64,000 nt of DNA. Source: an uncultured Phycisphaerales bacterium (GTDB lineage: Bacteria; Planctomycetota; Phycisphaerae; Tepidisphaerales; Tepidisphaeraceae). The DNA is taken from positions 1,952,001 to 2,016,000 of the forward strand of contig CAVWVQ010000003.1 of the NCBI GenBank assembly GCA_963758525.1. The letters are read 5' to 3'. Shown here piece by piece: positions 30,291 through 39,923 of this stretch (its first letter is position 1; each line of letters opens with the position of its first letter). The position numbers were made by a program, and so were the translations under genes. Under the pieces are notes generated by a model. That model saw only the letters and a program-made list of their open reading frames with translations. It searched no databases and was not told the origin of the DNA.

Positions 30291-31337
30291 TTATCGCTGA
30301 TAAATCGGAAGAAATTTGTAAGGCAACTGAAGAATGATCAGCGCGATGCTGGTCCCGTAGATCTGCCCCACGTCCCCCTGCCACGATCCATCCGGCTGCT
30401 GCATGTGCAGCAACTGATCGCGCGCGCCGGGGAAATAATCATTCCAGTATTTGTCGCCGGCCTGGTAGAACGCCTGCGACGCGTACAGATGCGTGTAAAA
30501 ATCGTGCCCCGACCCCTTGTTCCAGTCCCCCTTGTTCTGAACGAACTGCCCCCACACATAATTCAGGCACGAATCCGCCAGTTTGGAATCATACTCCCCG
30601 GCGTTGTACAGCGTCGCCACCGCCGCCGCTGAAATCGCGAGCCGCGGCCCGGTCGCCGAGCCCAGCGAATACTCGATCCCGCCCTCCGGCGTCTTGCACA
30701 GTTCCAGATATTTTACCGCTCCCGCCACGGTTCCCTTGGGGACGGTGAACCCGGCGTTGCTTGCCGCACGCAATCCCTGCATCTGCGTGACCGTCACCGA
30801 ACCTTCGTCGCCGCCGCCGGGAATATACGTCCAGCCCCCGAAGGCGCTCTGTCCGCGCGCGGTCAGGTCGATCGCGTTGTTAATCACTTTTTTCAATTGG
30901 TCGCGCGTCTTGAGATCGGTTTCCATCCCATAGACAGTGGATAGAAACAGCAGCGAAAAACCGTGGCCGTACATCGACCGGCTGTCGGCTTCGGCCGGCG
31001 AAGTGATCAGCCCCGACGGCCGCGCGTTGCCCAGCAGATAGAGTTCATCCCGGCGAATATTGTCCGAATAAGGTCCGCGGCTTGGCGTATCCCCATGAGA
31101 TAGAAACGCCATTCCCGCCAGCGCCGCCATCACTGTCGGGTATGCCGACCCATCCTGTCCGCCCCAGTTTCCGTCCTGCAACTGCGTTTGCGCCAAATAA
31201 TCCAGGCCCGATTTGATTGCCTTCTGCGTCTGCACGTTGATGTGTTGCGGCAACAACTCGTCCGCGCCGCAAACTCCGTCGAGAAGCAGCAGCGTCACGA
31301 TTGCCACGATCACCGCCGACTGCTTGCCAACCATCAA
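30291..31337 (-). CDS. Secreted prenyltransferase/squalene-oxidase-repeat (QW motif) protein
   Basis: Signal peptide; [44 protein letters not shown] and QQPDGSW. Confidence 0.9.
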   Translation of the reverse strand: MMVGKQSAVIVAIVTLLLLDGVCGADELLPQHINVQTQKAIKSGLDYLAQTQLQDGNWGGQDGSAYPTVMAALAGMAFLSHGDTPSRGPYSDNIRRDELYLLGNARPSGLITSPAEADSRSMYGHGFSLLFLSTVYGMETDLKTRDQLKKVINNAIDLTARGQSAFGGWTYIPGGGDEGSVTVTQMQGLRAASNAGFTVPKGTVAGAVKYLELCKTPEGGIEYSLGSATGPRLAISAAAVATLYNAGEYDSKLADSCLNYVWGQFVQNKGDWNKGSGHDFYTHLYASQAFYQAGDKYWNDYFPGARDQLLHMQQPDGSWQGDVGQIYGTSIALIILQLPYKFLPIYQR

Positions 31338-31366
31338 AATGTTCCTTCATCAAGGGATCAAGGAGC

Positions 31367-31501
31367 GTTCAGGGTCCGTAAGGGTTCAGGGTGTCAGGGT
31401 TCAGGGTTCAGGAGGGGACGGGGGGAAACTATTCGTCTCGTTTGCTCTCGCATTTCCTGAACCCTGAACCCTGAACCCTGAACCCTGACACCCTGAACCC
31501 T
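31367..31501. repeat. Inverted arrays of a 7-bp tandem repeat (GTTCAGG)n ... (CCTGAAC)n
   Basis: The left arm 31381-31412 is the exact reverse complement of 31470-31501, including the variant unit; intergenic inside the operon. Confidence 0.9.
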
Positions 31502-31510
31502 CACCGACCC

Positions 31511-32425
31511 TTACTTCACAATCTCAAACGTCACGGTCAAATGGACCGAAACCGGAATTTCCCCGGGGGACGCCGAGGTGGCGACGTTTGCGTCGGAGTC
31601 GTCGCTATCCCCGGGATCAGCCCCCGTGATCATCTCCAGGTACGCCTGCCTCGGGCTGCTGGGGCCTGCCGCGGACGCACCCTGGTCTTTTACCGACATC
31701 ACCCGGCCCAGCTTCACGCCGCTGAGCGCCGCGATCCGCTCCGCCTTGGCTTTGGCATCGGCGACCGCCTGCCCATACGCCCGGTTCTCCAACTCCGCCT
31801 TGTCGGGAATCTTGAAGCTCACCAGCGCGTCGGGGGCACCGCTCTGCGCCCGCATCTGCATCTGAAAGTAGTTCGTCGCCGGCGCCGGCCCGACTGCCAG
31901 GCCCGCGTCATGGCAAGTGTCTATCAACTTCAACACCGTCTCGAGAATTTGATCCGGCTGCAGTTTGTCCACCGCTTTTATCTGAATCTTGAGTGTCTCG
32001 GAGATCTGCACCTTCGTCTTTGCCGTTACCGCGCCGCCCATCCCCTGCATCATCCGCATCTGCGCCTGCGGATCGGCCGGCTCGCTGATCGCGGGGCCTT
32101 CCGATTCCACCGACAAATCCGGATTCTTCAGCGCATCCAGTGCCGCCAGTCCTTTTTTCTTGGCATCCTGGTATTTCACCCTCGCATCGCTGGCCAACTC
32201 CCCTTGTCCCGACACGTTCACGTCAACTTCAATGAGGGTTGGCTTGCCTTTGACAGTGCCATTTCCGATCACGGTGATTCCTTCGCCCGCGGGCTCGTCG
32301 GCAAATGCCGGCATTGCCGCGAGCAGGCAAATCGACCAGGCCATCACCATCGTTGCTCCAATGCGCTGGCGCAAATTGATCGGTGCCCTTCGCGCGGCCG
32401 CTAAACGGTGGAATGTGCGTACCAT
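31511..32425 (-). CDS. SIMPL (DUF541) domain periplasmic protein
   Basis: GITVIGNGTVKGKP...AVADAKAKAERIAALSGVKLGRVMSV...PGEIPVSVHLTVTF. Confidence 0.9.
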   Translation of the reverse strand: MVRTFHRLAAARRAPINLRQRIGATMVMAWSICLLAAMPAFADEPAGEGITVIGNGTVKGKPTLIEVDVNVSGQGELASDARVKYQDAKKKGLAALDALKNPDLSVESEGPAISEPADPQAQMRMMQGMGGAVTAKTKVQISETLKIQIKAVDKLQPDQILETVLKLIDTCHDAGLAVGPAPATNYFQMQMRAQSGAPDALVSFKIPDKAELENRAYGQAVADAKAKAERIAALSGVKLGRVMSVKDQGASAAGPSSPRQAYLEMITGADPGDSDDSDANVATSASPGEIPVSVHLTVTFEIVK

Positions 32426-32485
32426 GATTGTCCCAAAAAAGAATGCCCAGGATCCCCCGAAAGGTCACGCCGGAAAACTCATGCA

Positions 32486-34685
32486 CTAAGGCGGGCCGTT
32501 TCTGTTCAGAGGGTAGGCGGTGATCGCCCGTGTGGAGATGGTAATCAGCCGATCGGCCGTCCGCGAGAGGCTTCCGCCCGCCGACTCGCGATCGTATCCG
32601 CGAAACGCGGCGCCAATCTCCCCCGTATCGGTCCGGAGTTCGCGGACGCCACGATCGTCAAACAGGTACAGACGATTGGCTGCCGAGAGCGGCACGATAT
32701 CCCCGCTCTCGCTGGAAAGCCGGTTGCTCCAGAGCATCATTCGGGAGTCGATGTTGATGCAGTCGACCTCCGATCCTGCCAAAAAGAGATTTTGATCGTC
32801 TCCCGCGGCCAGACCGACCGATGCGTCAATCGGCCGCTTCCATTTCAACGCCGGGCCGGACAAATCCATTGCATACAACTCCTCGCCCCCGGTTTCCTTG
32901 AAGTAGAGCGTCGATCCCGAAAGGAGCATCGCCCCCAAAGGCGACGGAGCCATGCCCGCCATCTCGCCATTGAAAAACTGTTGCTGGCCCGCGTTCACGC
33001 GTGCTCCGTATGCGAACGCCCACTCGATCTGATGCGAAGATACGTCCACGGCCAGCAACGCGCCGTTATTGGTCAGGACCAACACCTTGCCGTCGTGCTC
33101 CAACAACGTCGGCACCGGGTGCTGCGCCATCCCCCGAAAATCCTGGCCGCCCACCGCGTTGCCCAGTTCAAGCTGCCAGCGCAAATCGCCCTTGTCCAGA
33201 CCGATGCACATCAGATGCATGGCGGGCGCCTGCTGGTTAAAGGCGCACAAATACACGACGTCCCCGATCACCAATGGCTTGCCGACGAAATCCCATTCCG
33301 CAAGCGACCCGGCCCCCTGACGCTCTGATGTCCAGATGGTTTTGCCCGTGTCGCACGCCAGGCAGCTCAACCGCGTCAGGTTGATCTGCTGCATCCGCGG
33401 ATTGGGCTGCGCGCCCTTGATCACCAGCAGCCGATCGCCCACCGCCTCGATCGCGCCGCCGCCCATGCCGCCCATCTGCCCCTGCATGACCATTTGCTGG
33501 ACGTTCGTGTAATCGAAGAATGGACTGGTGCGCCACAACATCTTGCCCGTGACCAGATCCAACGCGCAGCATGCCCCTGTCCAGTTGACGTAAAACCGCT
33601 TCTGATCGGCTGCCGTAGCCGGAAGAATATCGGTCAGTTGCGAGACCATCCCGCCCCACCCCATTTGCGACAACTGCTGCGAGATGCGATCGCTGGTGGC
33701 CTGATCCAGGAGAGGAATTTGCCAGACCGGGGTATCGCTTGCCGGCAATGCCATCGACTGGCCCGCGGAAGCGCTGTCGAGCAGTGTCGATGGCCGCGGC
33801 CCCGCAGCGACCACCGCTGGCGCGGTCGCCGCTGGCGCGGTCGCCGCTGGCGCGGTCGCCGCTGCGCGCGCCCCGGCCCAGCTCATCAAGATAAGGCGCC
33901 GCGTCGACGTCGTTCCCGCCGAGTCGCACCGTTTGCCCGGCAAACCGCTCCCGCACAAGACCTCGCAGCGTCTCGAACCTCCCCCATTGCCCAGCCCGCG
34001 CCATCGCGATCGCGCGTTTAGTGTTTAATAATGCGGCCGGCAATCCCGTGTCGGGATAATTCTCAACGATCATTTGCCAGCAGCGCTGAGCCCCGTCGAA
34101 GTCACCCGCCTCGAAGAGCGCGTCGCCGAGTCGATCGGCCGCCTTGTCGCCCACCGAGGTAGTGAAGTATTGATTCACGATCTTTCGCAGCGCCGCCAGG
34201 TCGTCCGCGTGCGCCTTGACCCCGGCTCCCCTCCCGCTGATGTCTGCCGCACTTTGCAGGGCAGCGTTCAACAATTGTTCCGCCTTGGGATCGTTGAACA
34301 GTCGATACGCCTCGCGCCCCGCCGGCGGAACTGACAGCAACTCTGCCCGGATCTTCAACTCCGTCTGAACAAACAGCCCGCCCTTGTCCGGCACCAGCCC
34401 ACCCGGCTTGGCATCAGCTATCTTCCCCAATGCGGTGAACGCCTTTTCCCATTGGCTCTTGTCCCGGTACCGCTCGAAATCTGTCAGCGCGTCGACCACG
34501 TTCTGCGACTCTTTGCGAACGGAAAAGCCGGTTTGATCGTTCTGTGCGGATTCTTCCTGGCCGAGCGCGGCTCGGGATGTCAGCGCGTATGCCAGCGTGA
34601 CCGAACAGACCATCATCCGAGCGCCGCGCCGCATCATTGCGCACTGCATCCTCGCGTGGCGCCAGCTTCTGTCATCTCGGGTCAT
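32486..34685 (-). CDS. TPR + PQQ-like beta-propeller repeat secreted protein, frameshift near 33865 (start uncertain)
   Basis: ORF 33237..34760 (signal peptide, TPR LGDALFEAGDFDGAQRCW) joins 32486..33958 (ALDLVTGKMLW, LACDTGKTIW, LDKGDLRW, VLTNNGALLAVD) when one GC is restored. Confidence 0.85.
33814..33858. repeat. 15-bp tandem repeat x3 encoding an ATAPA linker
   Basis: (CCGCTGGCGCGGTCG)3 next to the frameshift site. Confidence 0.9.
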
Positions 34686-34851
34686 TTGGGCTCCCCATCG
34701 GAAACCGATGCCGAACTCAATCGTCGTTCGCCGGTTGGCGGAACCGGCTGCTCTCTTCAATTCCGCGCTTCGGAACGGCTCTTTAGTCTAACATGAGTGA
34801 CGGGATTAACCGCAACTTGATCCATTCCGCTGATCTCGCCGGTGCGGCTGA

Positions 34852-34970
34852 TCTGCGCCATGTAGCGTGCCCGATCTTTCATGCAAGAACGGATGAGATG
34901 CACTCGATTGTGTAACAGACGTCACAGGAATTACAGGAGTATGCCGCGATTCCGAGCGGGGTCGACGCGG
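34852..34970 (-). promoter_or_regulatory. Duplicated non-coding cassette, copy 1, with CRP/FNR-like site at 34911-34926
   Basis: Near-identical to 39797-39923; contains TGTAA-cagacg-TCACA, one mismatch from TGTGA-N6-TCACA. Confidence 0.55.
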
Positions 34971-37900
34971 TCAGGTTACGACGGTTACCGCCGAACTCAG
35001 GAGAACGACCGCATTGGCTCCAAACTTGTGGGCCGAATCCAGGGTTACCACAAAGTAAAGAGACCCCGCCGACAGGTTAGACGGCATCCTCAGATTGAAC
35101 CGCAGTTTTTGCGACTTCCCTGCCTTGATATTGATCCGCGGCGTGAAAGAGGTCACGGGGGTGGCATTGCTGCCGTCCGGCGAAGTTGAGACGGCAACCG
35201 CAACCCCCAGGGGTCCGGCCGCGGGAATATTGCCCCCGTTGTGAACTACCGTTGAGATGCTGATCTTCTCGCTCGATGCAACAAACGCCGGCACAAACAG
35301 CGTGCTGGTCAGGCTCACAAACGCGGGCGCGATCGTCACCGGATTGCTCGCCGCAAGATTGTCGGTCTTGCTCAGTTCGGCAGTCGCGTTGCCCGAATCG
35401 ATCGATGCGATAATGGAATATTTGCCACTGGGAAGACCGGACGGATAGGTGAAATTCAGCGGCACGCGCATGACGCCGTGAGGCTTGAGCTTCAGCCGCA
35501 CCGGCACGTCAATGATCTTGGTCGCCCCGGCAATCGTCTGGGTGTCCGAGGCAAAGAGCGTCACGGTGATCGGACCGGTGGCGCTGGCGGTGCCGGTGTT
35601 GCTGATCTGCAGCATCAATTTCGCCTTCGAACCAGAGATCACCGACGCCGGCGGCGAGGTCACGAACTTGCCGGTCAGATTCGGGGCCACGCTTCCCGCG
35701 ACGACGCCGGCGGGAACATCAGCGAAGGTTGGGCCGGCGGAGGAGCCGCTGCCGAGCGTGACGTTCACGCTGGATGCCGACGCGGTCTGGCCGCTTGGAA
35801 GCACCTCGGCAACGGCGTAGGTTCCCGGGGCAAGATTCGTGAATACATAACCACCCTGGGTGTCGGTGATGGCGCTGATCTCGCCGGAATCCAGCGTTCC
35901 GTTGCCATTGGCATCGATAAAGACAGTGACGCCCGCAAGCGGAGCGCCGCTGAGCCCGTTGAAAACTTTCCCCGAGAGTCCTGACGAGCCCGCGCCTTTG
36001 ACTCCGAAGTTTTTGCTTCCGATGCTGGCCGTGAGCAGCGACACCTGCAACCCGGCATTGGCGGCGGGAGATGTCTGCGTGAATCCGCTGGGGAGAACCA
36101 ATCGCACGGTATACGTCGTGTTCAGCGACAAGCCGCTGATGTTGTAATGCCCCGAAGAGTCGGTGGTGAACTGCGGTTGCCCGCTCGGATTTCCGCTGTT
36201 GTTCACATCTGCGTAAACAACAATCCCCGAAGCTCCCGCCTCGCCGGGGTCCTGTGTACCGTTGCTGTTGAAGTCGCTGAAGACCGTTCCGGCGATGGAC
36301 AGGCCCGTCGTGGCTTCCCTGCCGAAATCCGCATTGGCAATGTCGGCGTTCGCCAATGCCACGACGTTGCCATTGCCGCCGGCCGGCGTTGTCTGGATGA
36401 CTCCAGCGGGCAAGTCCTGACGAATCGTGTAATTGGCTCCCGAAACCAGTCCAAAGAGTGAATAGTTGCCCGACCCGTCCGTCACGACGCTCGGCTGGCC
36501 CGACGCGGAACCGGTGCTGTTCAGATCGGCAAAAACCGTGATCCCCGCCACGCCCGCTTCGCCCCCCTGCTTCACTCCGTCGCCATTGGCGTCATTAAAG
36601 ACGTTTCCCGAAATGGAATGCAGGGAAAAGGTGCCCAGCGTCTGCATGGACGCAGGCACTCCGCCGACATTCGATACCTGGTTGGAATTGACTGTGATCG
36701 TATAGTTCCCGTCATCCCCGCCGCCCCATCCTGCCGGATCAGTCAGATCGTAGACGACGGTCGGACGGCCGGTGAAGGAATCGACCACCTGGGGCGCACC
36801 GACGGTGAGGGTCTTTTGTCCGCTGGCGGAGATATCGTTGGAGTCGAAGGACGAGGTATTGATCTGCACGTCATCCGCGTACGTCACCTGCACCGCGACG
36901 CCGTTGGGAATGGACGTGACGCTGTCGAGCGTCGCCGTCGGGCGGGCGGCGTCGAGATTGATGGAGGGAGTCACAACCGTCTTGCCCACGGTCGTCGTAT
37001 TGCCGCCAATCCCCAGCCCCGTCACGATCCCCCCGTGTGAGTCAGGCGCTCCAAACGCTTCAAACAGCGCCGCTCCGGCGGCGCCCAGGTCGGGATGAAT
37101 AATGCCCGCCGATACGCCGGGATCGCCGTAGGTCTGCTGGCTTTGGACAGCGCCACTGGAGGAGAGAACAGCGATCGCGGCACTCACTGTCGAACCGTTG
37201 TAAGTTGTCCCAAGCACATCGATCTGACCGCCCGGCTGCGCGATGAGCAGGTCAGCATCGTCCTGACCGCCAAAGCTGACGGTTGCCATTCCGCCGCCGC
37301 TGCCGAAGTGGTCGCCGGGCGTGGTATCGAAGGAGCCGCCATCATCCAGGCTGTCGTCGCCGTTGAGTCGTACGACTGCGAAATGGTGATCGCTGGTTTG
37401 GGCAGCGATGAGAATTTTGCCGTCCGCCTGTTCAGCCAGTCCGACGTTCCAATCCACGGACAGCGCCTCGGTAATCCGGGCGCGACCGTGTCCGTAATTC
37501 GGATCGAACGACTGATCCAAACTGCCGTTTGAGAGATATCGAACCAGCGCAACGCGGCCGCCGGATTCTCCTGCGACGAGGATTTTTCCATCCGATTGAA
37601 TGAGAACCCTTCCGCCGTGGTCATCGCCGCCCCCCGGATCGCTCCCCGATGCGGGATACATTGACTGCGGGAAGGAGGTTTTGACCAGGCCGGGTGTGGA
37701 TCCGGTCGGATTGAAGTTTGCCGTATCCAGGCTTCCGTTGGAGAGGAGCCGCACGACCGCGAACTGCGCATCGGGATTCGCGTCGCTGCTGTTCTTGTAC
37801 GTACCCGAAACCACGATGTCATTGTTGGCGTCCACCGCGATTCCATAGGGCGTGTTTGCCGCTTCCGTCACCGCTTGGCCATCGTTGCCGGTAAAGGTCT

Positions 37901-39554
37901 GGGTCGCATCGCCCCTCAGACCCGCCACATCGGCCAAGTTCACGATTCCGTTGGTCCCAAAGCCAGAAACGGCCATTCCGTTCGAGCCGTACTCGGCAAC
38001 GACCCAGTCGGAAGTGTTCCCCGCATATCCAGACTGATCCGTCTCGATTTTTGTGCCGGTGACGAGGATATCTCCATGTGAGTCAATGGTGGCGCCGTAC
38101 CCAGCGCCCTTAAACCCGCCATCAATTCTCCCATCATCGCCAAACGACGTATCCTTGGTTCCGTCGGAATTGAACCGATACATGACGAAGCTGCCGACTG
38201 TGTATCCGTTGTTCGGATCTTGAACACCACCAATATACCCGGTAGCCAAAATCTGGCCGTTGCCCGCAGGCGTCATGTCTTCGAGCGTTGCGCCGTCGCC
38301 AGTCGGCGAGCCTTGAGGTGATAAGACTGAGAACGACGACGCGGAAATAAATTTCGCGGTTGGAGCCAGCTCGTACGCGGAAGTGAACGTTGAATCCGTG
38401 CCATCGGCGACGATCGTTCCGCTGGCATTGATCCCTGTCGCCTCCGTCAACGTCATCGGCAGATCCGAGTCATCCGCGTCGGTCAGGGCATTGAGGTTTT
38501 CGATCACGCCCGTGGAAGCGTCATAGACGAACGCGGCCTTTTTTGTACCGTCAGACTCCCATCCGACCACGCTCTCGTGTCCGTTCACCTGTGCGATCGC
38601 CAGCGCCGCGCCCTGATTGAATCCCGACAGGATCGGGATGCGGGTCACGGCGCCGCTGTTGGCGTTGTAAATGAAAGGCTGCGGACGATTGCCTGTATCG
38701 GAAAATGTCGCGTACCCAACCACCGTGTCACTGCCATCGATCGCCAGCGCCTCGCTATCGCCGCTGCCGCTGAAGTGTGAGCTAATGTCCTGGAGAGCGC
38801 CGGTCGAATTGTCCGCGGCCTGGACCGCGGCATGGTGAGTTCCCCCGCTGGCTCCGGTGATCCAGCCAACGGCGCGCGGCCCGATTCCCTGGACGGCGCC
38901 GGCAAAGGAGCTGGAACTCGCGTCCGCCGAAGGCGTGAGATCGATAAACGTGTTCGGGTAGGTCTTGGTGGTGAAATCTTCCAGAACCGGGTGGCTGCTG
39001 CCGTTGGCGACCTGCTCAAAGCCGCCCGCGAACTCGTCGCCCCCGTTCGTCATCGCGCCCGCGGCGTAGAACCCCGAACTGGTCCCGGCATTGGCGGGCA
39101 ACGCGTCGGGAAACATCGCGGCAGACGGATATTCAAATCCCTCTGATTCGCTTTGCCCGACGACCAGCCCCTGTGAATCAATTGCCGATGCCTGACCATC
39201 CCCTGACAAACCCGACAAAGCGGTATCCGAAGGTGCGTTGGAATTGGCCAGAAGCGCCGACGGCGAGAAGACGAACGCCGTCATCGTGTTTACGGCGCTG
39301 CCGGTGCTGTAATCGGTGCTGGTGCCGTACCCAACGACTTGCCCATTGTCATTGATTCCCGTGGCTGCGATGTTCGAAAGGGATAGCTGGTCCCCGGAGT
39401 TGTGGTCATACACCGTCGCATCGACCTCACTGGGCAACTGAGTGGAGTAATAAAACGACAAAAGCCGGCGATTCTCGAGCTGCTCGATGGCCGCTCGCAT
39501 CCGCGACCGCGCAGCGCGCTGATGCCGCGAAGCCACCGCGTCGTCGGCCGCCAT
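34971..39554 (-). CDS. Giant surface protein 1: LExRxLLS leader, HAF-like repeats, delta-60-like repeats, three SdrD-B-like domains, CARDB-like C-terminus
   Basis: IEQLENRRLLS, ATGINDNGQVVG, RFNSDGTKDTSFG, QSDGKILVAG and ISGNVFNDANGDG...GEAG. The ORF is open to 39878 and the start is uncertain. Confidence 0.9.
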   Translation of the reverse strand: MAADDAVASRHQRAARSRMRAAIEQLENRRLLSFYYSTQLPSEVDATVYDHNSGDQLSLSNIAATGINDNGQVVGYGTSTDYSTGSAVNTMTAFVFSPSALLANSNAPSDTALSGLSGDGQASAIDSQGLVVGQSESEGFEYPSAAMFPDALPANAGTSSGFYAAGAMTNGGDEFAGGFEQVANGSSHPVLEDFTTKTYPNTFIDLTPSADASSSSFAGAVQGIGPRAVGWITGASGGTHHAAVQAADNSTGALQDISSHFSGSGDSEALAIDGSDTVVGYATFSDTGNRPQPFIYNANSGAVTRIPILSGFNQGAALAIAQVNGHESVVGWESDGTKKAAFVYDASTGVIENLNALTDADDSDLPMTLTEATGINASGTIVADGTDSTFTSAYELAPTAKFISASSFSVLSPQGSPTGDGATLEDMTPAGNGQILATGYIGGVQDPNNGYTVGSFVMYRFNSDGTKDTSFGDDGRIDGGFKGAGYGATIDSHGDILVTGTKIETDQSGYAGNTSDWVVAEYGSNGMAVSGFGTNGIVNLADVAGLRGDATQTFTGNDGQAVTEAANTPYGIAVDANNDIVVSGTYKNSSDANPDAQFAVVRLLSNGSLDTANFNPTGSTPGLVKTSFPQSMYPASGSDPGGGDDHGGRVLIQSDGKILVAGESGGRVALVRYLSNGSLDQSFDPNYGHGRARITEALSVDWNVGLAEQADGKILIAAQTSDHHFAVVRLNGDDSLDDGGSFDTTPGDHFGSGGGMATVSFGGQDDADLLIAQPGGQIDVLGTTYNGSTVSAAIAVLSSSGAVQSQQTYGDPGVSAGIIHPDLGAAGAALFEAFGAPDSHGGIVTGLGIGGNTTTVGKTVVTPSINLDAARPTATLDSVTSIPNGVAVQVTYADDVQINTSSFDSNDISASGQKTLTVGAPQVVDSFTGRPTVVYDLTDPAGWGGGDDGNYTITVNSNQVSNVGGVPASMQTLGTFSLHSISGNVFNDANGDGVKQGGEAGVAGITVFADLNSTGSASGQPSVVTDGSGNYSLFGLVSGANYTIRQDLPAGVIQTTPAGGNGNVVALANADIANADFGREATTGLSIAGTVFSDFNSNGTQDPGEAGASGIVVYADVNNSGNPSGQPQFTTDSSGHYNISGLSLNTTYTVRLVLPSGFTQTSPAANAGLQVSLLTASIGSKNFGVKGAGSSGLSGKVFNGLSGAPLAGVTVFIDANGNGTLDSGEISAITDTQGGYVFTNLAPGTYAVAEVLPSGQTASASSVNVTLGSGSSAGPTFADVPAGVVAGSVAPNLTGKFVTSPPASVISGSKAKLMLQISNTGTASATGPITVTLFASDTQTIAGATKIIDVPVRLKLKPHGVMRVPLNFTYPSGLPSGKYSIIASIDSGNATAELSKTDNLAASNPVTIAPAFVSLTSTLFVPAFVASSEKISISTVVHNGGNIPAAGPLGVAVAVSTSPDGSNATPVTSFTPRINIKAGKSQKLRFNLRMPSNLSAGSLYFVVTLDSAHKFGANAVVLLSSAVTVVT

Positions 39555-39624
39555 CCGCAGGCCGCGGTGCGCGATTCGGTTATCGCGGTGGTTGAGAGTC
39601 GGTTGGAGAACTTCGAGCGACCGG

Positions 39625-39741
39625 CCCCCTCTACCGGTACTCCGGGAGAGGGAGGCGGTGAGGGGGATTTCGAACGTCGGGCACCACTGGTCTTTGAAAT
39701 CACCCTCACCCCAACCCTTTCCCGGAGTACCGGGAGAGGGA
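39625..39741. repeat. REP-like palindrome doublet, family A
   Basis: Two inverted units with the same layout as 5041-5162. Confidence 0.85.
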
Positions 39742-39796
39742 GTTATGAAACTGGCTCTAAAACTGTTGTCTTGAATTACAGAGTAGCTGAAGGAGT

Positions 39797-39923
39797 TCTG
39801 CGCCATGTAGCGTGCCCGATCTTTCATGCGAAAATGAATGAATGAATGAGATGCACTCGATTGTGTAACAGACGTCACAGGAATTACAGGAGTATGCCGC
39901 GATTGCGAGCGGGGTCGCCGCGG
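39797..39923 (-). promoter_or_regulatory. Duplicated non-coding cassette, copy 2, with CRP/FNR-like site at 39864-39879
   Basis: Near-identical to 34852-34970 except for an (ATGA)n expansion and a few substitutions. Confidence 0.55.

Noticed and set aside
30291..31337. Terpene/hopanoid biosynthetic cluster
   Set aside because: Single-domain secreted QW-repeat protein with no DXDD cyclase motif and no isoprenoid pathway genes nearby.
31367..31501. CRISPR array
   Set aside because: 7-bp tandem units without unique spacers, and no cas genes in the window.
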